From a virus, in the IMG/VR virus record IMGVR_UViG_3300013306_000002, positions 18,647 to 82,646 of that record: a DNA stretch of 64,000 nt. One strand, given 5' to 3'. This document shows positions 57,176 through 64,000 of this stretch, piece by piece. Position 1 is the first letter of the stretch. Every line of letters starts with the position of its first letter. Made by a program: the position numbers and the translations under genes. The notes below the pieces were generated by a model, which was not told the origin of the DNA, ran no database searches, and saw only the letters and a program-made list of their open reading frames with translations.

Positions 57176-58881
57176 AGGGCCGCGCAGGCGTCGCCGCGAC
57201 CGCGGAAGATGCGGATGCGGAGCCCGACCAGCCAGCGGCGGCGTCCACGGATGATGCGCCCAAGGAGCCAGCGGCGGTCGCGGAGGAGGCGTCCAAGAAG
57301 ACCGAGCCACAGCGCGAGAAACTCTCCCCGACGATGCGGAAGATCCGCGATGAGGAGGAGCAGTCGCTCAAGGCCTGGCTCGAGACCATCGGCACCCAGG
57401 GAGCATTCAAAGTTCAACTCCGGCGGACCGAGCCGGCCACCTGCTGGGACATCCGCAAGAACGACAACGTCAAGGTGAAGGGCTACCTTGGCACCTTCGA
57501 CCACACCATCGACGAGGCGTTCATCGCGCGCGAGTACGGCGGCGGCACCTTCGCGCTGCGGGTGACGAGGCAGGGCGCCGATGGAAGCTTTCAGTACGAG
57601 AAGGGGCTCCACCGGACGATCGAGATCGCTGGCGAGCCCAGGACCGACCGACTTCCTTCGAACGCGCCGCAACCGCCCCCGCAAGCACCCCCGAACCACG
57701 GTGAGAGCGGCACCGTCGTCCAGCACGCGCTCGATATGATGGAGCGCATGGTCAGCAAGCAGGGAGCGCACGAGCCCAAGGGGATCGACCCGGCCATGGC
57801 GATGCTGGTCGAGCAGATGAGGGAGTCGCAGCGCACCCAAGCCAAGGAGATGGCGGATCTCCGCGCCGAACTCTCAGCCGCGCGCAACCAGAAGCCGCCC
57901 GAGGATCCGTTCCGGGACCGGATGCTCGACAAGCTGATCGATGGCGACTCGGCGCGCGTCACCGCGCTCCGCACGCAGCACGACAGCGAGATCCGCATGC
58001 TCAAGGAGGGCCACCAGCAGGAGATCCGTCTGCTTGAGGATCGCCACGACCGCTCCATGAAGCAGATGCAGCAGAGCCACGAGCTCATGCTGGCGAACAT
58101 GAAGGCCAGCTATGAGCGCGAGATTGCCGCCTTAAACACCGCGCACCAAGTGGCTGCGACGGCGACCTCGACCACAAAGGATGTCACCGTCACGACGCTC
58201 AACGCCGAGCTCCGCCGCATGGACGCCGAGCTCGCCGCGTTGCGCGCCGAGAACAAGGAACTCCGCGAGCGCAAGGACAAGTCCGTGATCGAGCAGATAA
58301 AGGACATGAACGTGCTCAAGGAGGCGCTGGGCGGTGACGGGGACGGGGACGGGTCGACCATCAAGGAGGCCATCGCGATGGTCCCGGCGGCCATCGAAGG
58401 CATCGGCGCCATCGTTGCCAGCCGGTCGGCGGCGCAGCAGCAACCGCAGCAAGTCCAGGGTCGCGCCACGGCGCAGGCCCAGCAACAGCGACCGCGGGTG
58501 GTCGCGGCGCCGAACGGGGAGCGCCTGATGCAGGTCGGCAACAGGCTCGTCCCGGTCAAGCCCAAGCCCAAGGTGGTGACCACGGACGCTGGCGAGACCA
58601 TCGAGATCCCCAAGATCGAGGATCCCACCATCAAGCTCATCATCTCCCAACTCGAGGCGGCGTTCGGTCGAGACGAAGACCCCAACATCGTGGCCCAGTC
58701 CGCCAAGGCTATGATTCCGCCCGACATCCTGGCATGGATCCGCCAGCACCACACCGAGCAGGTGGCGGGCGTTGACCTGTTCATGCAGAAGGTGGCAAAG
58801 TTGCCGGGCACCTCGCCCCTGGCAACGCAGGGGGGGCGCAACTGGTTACGCAAGGTCGGGGCAGCCCTCATCGGAGAGTGA
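57172..58881 (+). CDS. Long coiled-coil protein
   Basis: 569 aa with extended heptad region; YGGGTF N-domain. Confidence 0.8.
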   Translation: MKGRAGVAATAEDADAEPDQPAAASTDDAPKEPAAVAEEASKKTEPQREKLSPTMRKIRDEEEQSLKAWLETIGTQGAFKVQLRRTEPATCWDIRKNDNVKVKGYLGTFDHTIDEAFIAREYGGGTFALRVTRQGADGSFQYEKGLHRTIEIAGEPRTDRLPSNAPQPPPQAPPNHGESGTVVQHALDMMERMVSKQGAHEPKGIDPAMAMLVEQMRESQRTQAKEMADLRAELSAARNQKPPEDPFRDRMLDKLIDGDSARVTALRTQHDSEIRMLKEGHQQEIRLLEDRHDRSMKQMQQSHELMLANMKASYEREIAALNTAHQVAATATSTTKDVTVTTLNAELRRMDAELAALRAENKELRERKDKSVIEQIKDMNVLKEALGGDGDGDGSTIKEAIAMVPAAIEGIGAIVASRSAAQQQPQQVQGRATAQAQQQRPRVVAAPNGERLMQVGNRLVPVKPKPKVVTTDAGETIEIPKIEDPTIKLIISQLEAAFGRDEDPNIVAQSAKAMIPPDILAWIRQHHTEQVAGVDLFMQKVAKLPGTSPLATQGGRNWLRKVGAALIGE

Positions 58882-58882
58882 C

Positions 58883-59404
58883 ATGACAGCGGAAAGTTTC
58901 CTGGATGTCTACCTCGCCGCGCTGCTCGCTGGAATCACGCTCTGGGCGTTCGTGTTCACGGTCTACAAGCCGATATCCGAGTACCTGATGCGGCGGAACG
59001 GATGGAAGCAAACGGCCCCAGACGAGTGGACCTACTCGGACGATGATGTGCCCGACCGGGGGATCGTGACCGAGGCACCAGCGCGCTCGCATCGGATCTG
59101 GGCACGCAGGGGGCATGCTCATGCTGGCGGTCGCCTGCAGGTGTTTGTGGACATTCCAGGTATCGGGTGGAAGGTCGTATTCGACGAACCCTGGCCTCTC
59201 GGCGCGTGCAACATCGAGTGCCTCTGGAATGGCGATCTCACGAAGCTGAAGCTCGCGCAGAATGGCCCTGCCCTCACACTGGAGGAACTGTCGGAGGATC
59301 CGCGAACGAGAGGGAATGGCAGCGTAAGCATGCATTGGGACGGCCCTGGGACGGCCCCGCGCTATCAAAGCGGTGGAATGGAGGCCGGACGCGGACAACG
59401 CTGA
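58883..59404 (+). CDS. Membrane protein
   Basis: N-terminal TM (VYLAALLAGITLWAFVFTVY). Confidence 0.5.
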   Translation: MTAESFLDVYLAALLAGITLWAFVFTVYKPISEYLMRRNGWKQTAPDEWTYSDDDVPDRGIVTEAPARSHRIWARRGHAHAGGRLQVFVDIPGIGWKVVFDEPWPLGACNIECLWNGDLTKLKLAQNGPALTLEELSEDPRTRGNGSVSMHWDGPGTAPRYQSGGMEAGRGQR

Positions 59405-59478
59405 TTCCACGCCGGAATCTCTCGATATCGAGTAGAATCGGCGGGTCGCCTCTCATCTTTTCCGGGTGAAGGCAATGC

Positions 59479-60096
59479 TTGCACCGAGCCCCCCATAGCC
59501 TGACGGTCTCGCCGCTCCAGCCGATATCCGGCCTGGGGTACGGTGGATCGCGCCTGTTCTGGATGCCGGATGAGCCACCCACCAGTCTTTGTGGCTACCT
59601 CGGGGCACCGCAGACGATCAGCGTGATGCGTCAGGCGGCGCTCGACGACGCCAGCCACTTCGAGACACGCCAGCTTGCCGAGGCGGTGTGTGAGGGCCTC
59701 GACTCGAAGGACTACTGCTCCGAGTATATGGCGCTCTACTACTGCCTGCTCCAGCGGACGCGCTACATGCGCGACCCCCGGCGCACCGAGCTCGTCCGGG
59801 CACCCTACATCATCAGCCGCCAGATCCTGGCCGGCCACCGGCCCTCGATTGATTGCGACGATGGAGCCCTGTGGCTCGCCGCAGCGATCCTCTCAGTAGG
59901 GGGCCAGCCAGACTTCATCACCTGCGCCTTCAAGCGCATGTACTACGATGGGCGCATCCAGCACAGCCATGTGTTCACCCGGGCGCTCGAGCCCCGGAAT
60001 CGGACCCGCATCGTGCTGGATCCGGTCGCCGCCGAGAAGACCCCACAGATGCTACGCCGTATCGTCGATGCCTCCGTCTGGCCGGTCGCGGCCTAA
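59479..60096 (+). CDS. Transglutaminase-like cysteine protease
   Basis: RYMRDP..TELV..P, IDCDD (Cys), HSHVF (His), VLDP (Asp). Confidence 0.85.
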   Translation: MHRAPHSLTVSPLQPISGLGYGGSRLFWMPDEPPTSLCGYLGAPQTISVMRQAALDDASHFETRQLAEAVCEGLDSKDYCSEYMALYYCLLQRTRYMRDPRRTELVRAPYIISRQILAGHRPSIDCDDGALWLAAAILSVGGQPDFITCAFKRMYYDGRIQHSHVFTRALEPRNRTRIVLDPVAAEKTPQMLRRIVDASVWPVAA

Positions 60097-60110
60097 CCCA
60101 AGGAATCAAG

Positions 60111-61922
60111 ATGGCCTACAACCTTCCACCAGCCTGGGATGCAGGGTTCGCGCTCCCCAAGAACGTCCGCGACGAGGGCCTGCAGCGCCGCGCGTTCGTC
60201 ACCAAGCAGATGCCGCGCGGCACGTACGACGACTCGACCGACGGGACGGCCGGTTACAACGTCCCGCAGTACATCAAGGACGAGGGCACTGGCCAGGGCG
60301 CGTTCACCACGTTCTGGCAACCGCGCGGCACGTACAACGGCGGCAAGGTTCCGCACTGGCTGAACAAGCGACCGACCGTCACCGGCGTGATCCCGCTTCC
60401 CGGCGGCGGCCAGCAGATCACCATGCAACCAGCGGGCATGGGCGACGACGCGCCGATGGGCGAGCCGTTCGACACCTACGGCCAGAAGGCGGCGCAACTC
60501 ATCATCTCGAGGTTTCAGACTGTTCCCCAGCCCCAGCGCCAGAAGGCGATGCGAGCCTTCCTGGATTCCGTCGACAAGAGCCTGTGGACCCGGACCACGG
60601 ACATCTTCAACCGCTACGTGCAGCAGCAGAAGATCCCCCCGGCCAACGCCTTTCCGCTGGCGCTGGCACGCGCACTTTCCACTGGCATCACGGCCGAGAT
60701 CATCGCGACGGGCCTCCGACGTACGGCGCCCCAGGCCAACTCGCTCCTGGGCCTGGGGTGCTATGGCTGTGCAGCCTTTCTGGGAGCGATGGGGGATGAC
60801 ACCGCCGGATGTCAGGCGGCGCCCGCCGGATACACGTGGATCTATGGAGCCACAGTGAACGGCCAAGCCATCCCCGGCCACTGGGCGAAGGCGGCGGCGG
60901 GGCAACCTGTGCAGGCGTTCTGCTTGACGCCGCCGCCTGGAGCCATCACGGCCGCCACCATCGCGGCGACCGGGACGACCGAAGTGAGAGACCACGGGGC
61001 TGGCTATGACTGGTTCGTCGGTCCGTTTGGGTTCAACTCGAGCACCTTCAAGCCCCGCGTGTGGGGCATCGGGGCCCCCTCCGCGACCATCGCGAACCGG
61101 GCTGCGCCACCGGACATCATGTACTTGACCCCCGGGGATCTCCCGGCGACCCCCCAGCTCGCCTACGTCCGGCCCATGATCCCCGAGGTGCTGGCGTGGC
61201 TGAAGGCGCGACTGACCGAGGCCAAGGACTCAAGCGGCAACGGCGACACTCCGACGACGTATGTCGATATGGCCGGCAACCGCCAAGCGTCGAGCTACAT
61301 GTTCGATGGCAACGGCAATCTCTCGCAGGGCCAAGCAGACGACGCCAAGATGTGGTTCGATGCGATGGGCATCCAGCCGGGTACGCCGGTCCGACTTCAC
61401 ACGCTCTGGAACCTGAAAACCGGCGGCGCGCCCATGGCCAGGACGACCCACATCAAGACGGGCGCCAACATGGCACTGGCGGTGTCACTGGCGCCGATGG
61501 ATCTCACCAGGGGAGACTGGTCCAAGGCCAATCCGCTCGTGCTCAAGGTCTGGCTCTCGTCGGTCCCCGATCCGAACATTTTCGGCGCTCTCTGGAATCC
61601 GATGATCCTGATCAACCCCCTGACCGCCCTGCAGGCCATCGCCTCGGTGACGGCGGGCATCGCGCCGATCCTGGGGAATCTCGCCTGCGACGTCCTCGGC
61701 AACCCCGCAGCTGGCGCAGCCGCCGGGGCTGCGGCTGCGGCGTACGGAATCCCGCCGCAGGCCGGCACCGCTGGCGTCGCTCTGGCAGCGTCGCAATGCG
61801 GGCAGCCGCCACCACCGCCACCCGTGGTGGCTGCAAAGCGCTCCGTCTGGCCGTGGGTGCTGGGGGGTGGCGCGGTCGTCGTGGCGGCGCTGCTAACCAA
61901 GCCCAGGAGGGCAACGCCATGA
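60111..61922 (+). CDS. Large virion protein with C-terminal membrane anchor
   Basis: AAGGA RBS; ends WPWVLGGGAVVVAALL-TKPRR. Confidence 0.75.
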   Translation: MAYNLPPAWDAGFALPKNVRDEGLQRRAFVTKQMPRGTYDDSTDGTAGYNVPQYIKDEGTGQGAFTTFWQPRGTYNGGKVPHWLNKRPTVTGVIPLPGGGQQITMQPAGMGDDAPMGEPFDTYGQKAAQLIISRFQTVPQPQRQKAMRAFLDSVDKSLWTRTTDIFNRYVQQQKIPPANAFPLALARALSTGITAEIIATGLRRTAPQANSLLGLGCYGCAAFLGAMGDDTAGCQAAPAGYTWIYGATVNGQAIPGHWAKAAAGQPVQAFCLTPPPGAITAATIAATGTTEVRDHGAGYDWFVGPFGFNSSTFKPRVWGIGAPSATIANRAAPPDIMYLTPGDLPATPQLAYVRPMIPEVLAWLKARLTEAKDSSGNGDTPTTYVDMAGNRQASSYMFDGNGNLSQGQADDAKMWFDAMGIQPGTPVRLHTLWNLKTGGAPMARTTHIKTGANMALAVSLAPMDLTRGDWSKANPLVLKVWLSSVPDPNIFGALWNPMILINPLTALQAIASVTAGIAPILGNLACDVLGNPAAGAAAGAAAAAYGIPPQAGTAGVALAASQCGQPPPPPPVVAAKRSVWPWVLGGGAVVVAALLTKPRRATP

Positions 61923-62383
61923 AGCAGACTTCTCGCGATCTCCTGAGCGCCATCGGCATGGGGCAGCACAACGCCACGCAGGCGATCCCGTACCTGATGA
62001 TTGCGCCCGCGACCACGGACCCCAAAACGCCGATGGTCATCAACATGGTCCGCCACGTCCAGCAGCAGCTCTACCAAATGGGGGCGACCGACGTGGCCAA
62101 CAGTGGCTACCTGGATGCGCCGACCGCTGCGGCGCTGCTGCAGATCGCTGGACCCGACTGGGAGCGGATGTCGTGGGCCCAGAACATCCAGGCGGTCCTG
62201 GGTGCTCGCGACCGCGGGATGAGCCTCTCGCCGCCCCCGCCCGCCCGGTCCGCCGCGCCTATGCCAGCGGCGGTCAGCGGCCCCTTGGACTTCCTGCCCG
62301 ACGTCCCCGGCGGTATCGTCACCTACGGCGTGGCGTTCTACCTGCTCTACCGTCACTTCACCAAGCCAAGGAGCGCGCGATGA
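61919..62383 (+). CDS. PG-binding-like protein with C-terminal TM
   Basis: VRHVQQQL..MG.....SGYLDAPTAAAL; TM plus basic tail. Confidence 0.65.
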   Translation: MKQTSRDLLSAIGMGQHNATQAIPYLMIAPATTDPKTPMVINMVRHVQQQLYQMGATDVANSGYLDAPTAAALLQIAGPDWERMSWAQNIQAVLGARDRGMSLSPPPPARSAAPMPAAVSGPLDFLPDVPGGIVTYGVAFYLLYRHFTKPRSAR

Positions 62384-63084
62384 CCTACCTCGTGAGGAGG
62401 CGACCCGGGATGGGCGACTTCATGACCGATTCGAACCCGTTCTGGTCGGGCGACAACACGGGCCTAGTCGACTTCATGACCGGCACGAGCGCGGTCACCG
62501 CGGATGCCGCGCCCGCCTCCGACAACGTGAACCAGACGGCGACGGGAACCACGACCAGCGCCGCCGACTTCACCGTGGTCAGCGGCGTATGCAAGCCCAT
62601 GAACTTCCCGGCGCTGGCGACCGTGCGCGCGTTTCAGGCGCAGCTCAACCGCGTCGCGCAGGCCAAGGGGTTCTCCAAGATCGCCGCCGATGGGGCCGTT
62701 GGGCCCGCGACGATGGCGCTGTTCAAGAAGGTCCAGGCTGCAGCGCCGCGCGGCCAGATCATGGGGGATGCCTCCACCTGCATCAACATCTCCGCGGATG
62801 TCGACGTGCTGGGGCAGCAGATCCAGGTGTTCGCCGACGCGCTGGGTGCACCGGCCACGGTGGGCGCCTCGCCCTCGCTGTCGCCGCCCAGCATCACGAC
62901 CAAGAGCGGAGCCACGGTGGTGGCACCGGATGCTGGCATCCTAGGGTCGCTGGCCACGCTGTCGGGCACCGAGAAGCTGGCGCTCCTGGGGGTCGCCGGC
63001 GGGCTGGGTTACATGCTGCTCAAGAAAAAGCCCAGGGTGCACCAGACGGTGCGCTACACGCGGCGAACCACACGGAGGCGGTAA
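62380..63084 (+). CDS. Peptidoglycan-binding domain protein with C-terminal TM
   Basis: VRAFQAQLN....IAADGAVGPAT; TM followed by KKKPR...RRTTRRR. Confidence 0.75.
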   Translation: MTYLVRRRPGMGDFMTDSNPFWSGDNTGLVDFMTGTSAVTADAAPASDNVNQTATGTTTSAADFTVVSGVCKPMNFPALATVRAFQAQLNRVAQAKGFSKIAADGAVGPATMALFKKVQAAAPRGQIMGDASTCINISADVDVLGQQIQVFADALGAPATVGASPSLSPPSITTKSGATVVAPDAGILGSLATLSGTEKLALLGVAGGLGYMLLKKKPRVHQTVRYTRRTTRRR

Positions 63085-63323
63085 TGTACCTACCCATGGG
63101 CGATGCGGCGCCGGTCGCGCCCCCGAGATCAAGCATCCACGACATCGTCGCCTCGGAGGGCGTGAGCACGGCCGCGACCATCGCGCTGACCTACCACGGG
63201 TACAAGCGGACGGGTTCGCTCGTCTGGGCGCTGATCTACGGCATGGCCGGGCGGTGGTTCCCGGTGGTGGCGGTGCCGGTGTCGCTCGCACAGGGGTTCG
63301 GCGAAAGGAAGCCCTGCCCATGA
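63084..63323 (+). CDS. Small virion membrane protein
   Basis: YHGYKRTGSLVWALIYG...PVSLAQGFG; TAATG coupling. Confidence 0.7.
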   Translation: MYLPMGDAAPVAPPRSSIHDIVASEGVSTAATIALTYHGYKRTGSLVWALIYGMAGRWFPVVAVPVSLAQGFGERKPCP

Positions 63324-63712
63324 GGCATACGTACGGCTACACCTACCGCGGGGGCCCGCTCATTCGCTGGGGCCACGGGTCGCCAGTTCAGGCCAAGGCG
63401 GCGGACGCCCAGTCACTGGGGTCGCTCGAAGAGTCGACGCTGTCCACGCCGACCCTATACGGGTCCAGCATCCTGCCGGCGCCCGGCGCCCCCGAGCCGA
63501 TCGGCGTGTCCAACCAGCGCATGCAGGCCATGGGGGACACCCAGGTCTACGAGGCGATGGGCGGATGCAGCTGCAGCGGGACCTGTGGATGTGGAACGCC
63601 CGCCGCGGCGACCGGCGCGCTGTCGGGGTTCGCGGACGCGGTGCCCGGCGGCTGGGTCACGCTGGGCGTGGGAACGCTCCTATTGTGGCACTTCATGAAG
63701 AGGCGGAGGTAG
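63320..63712 (+). CDS. Small virion membrane protein
   Basis: C-terminal TM followed by KRRR; ATGA coupling. Confidence 0.65.
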   Translation: MRHTYGYTYRGGPLIRWGHGSPVQAKAADAQSLGSLEESTLSTPTLYGSSILPAPGAPEPIGVSNQRMQAMGDTQVYEAMGGCSCSGTCGCGTPAAATGALSGFADAVPGGWVTLGVGTLLLWHFMKRRR

Positions 63713-63819
63713 TGATGCAGCGGTCGTTCATCACCGTCCACAACTGGCGTCTCTGTGCGTATGTCGCGTCATCATGGGGGGCGCGCTGGAGGATTAAGGG
63801 AGCGCGAGCCTGAACTCTC

Positions 63820-64000
63820 ATGCGCTACTCGGTCTACGACTACAATCGGCACGCCTTCGACTACTACGAGGCCCCGGGCGTCGGCGGAACCCACGCCGGA
63901 TCGCCGCCCGTCCCTCGAGCGGTGGGCGAAATCGGCACGCCGGCTGAGCGCGCAGCCTGGAAACTGCCGGCCTCCGCCCGGAAGGTCGGCACCGGCTTCC
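63820..64000 (+). CDS. Partial putative virion protein
   Basis: MRYSVYDYNRHAFDYYEA..., open to the window end. Confidence 0.55.
   Translation, partial: MRYSVYDYNRHAFDYYEAPGVGGTHAGSPPVPRAVGEIGTPAERAAWKLPASARKVGTGF

Larger units (their letters stand above)
1..64000. mobile_element. Virus / provirus or phage-plasmid genome segment, probably a tailless membrane-containing dsDNA virus
   Basis: Dense short ORFs with ATGA/GTGA overlaps; phage-typical families (DUF5131, GP88, ASCH-like, phage Dam, replication initiator, Tyr recombinase); no host housekeeping genes; no terminase/portal/tail; transglutaminase-like gene plus many TM-anchored small proteins. Confidence 0.8.

Noticed and set aside
1-64000. 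tRNA or rRNA genes
   Set aside because: The GGTTCGA matches I checked lie within ORFs and lack cloverleaf context; a tRNAscan run would be needed to exclude them fully

Overview
The whole window is GC-rich, gene-dense virus-like DNA with no recognisable host housekeeping genes, rRNA, tRNA or CRISPR array. It also lacks every tailed-phage hallmark (terminase, portal, HK97 capsid, tail). It does carry a transglutaminase-like Cys protease followed by a run of small C-terminally membrane-anchored proteins, peptidoglycan-binding proteins, a membrane-anchored lytic transglycosylase, a capsid-like beta protein and three spike-like proteins that share an N-terminal module. My best reading (inference) is a large, probably temperate or plasmid-like, tailless membrane-containing virus. 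A myxobacterial host is suggested by sigma54-type promoters and Cys-rich lipoproteins. Maintenance genes are a wHTH replication initiator with an internal iteron/DnaA-box origin, a ParB-like protein and a tyrosine recombinase flanked by a kinase and a phosphatase. DNA-modification and counter-defence genes are unusually numerous: four methyltransferases, a PAPS-reductase-like protein, a Mom/GNAT-like protein, a truncated DpdA/TGT-like gene, two radical-SAM-like proteins, a NADAR and a glycosyltransferase. The main observations are: (1) a recurrent [LM]G-D motif in virion proteins next to the protease, a candidate maturation code; (2) modular spikes with nested and possibly circularly permuted inserts; (3) a C5-methyltransferase encoded in two overlapping frames and broken by one extra base; (4) two promoter classes, sigma54 -24/-12 versus leaderless TAnnnT-N6-ATG. 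All family assignments come from motif recognition by eye; no searches were run.
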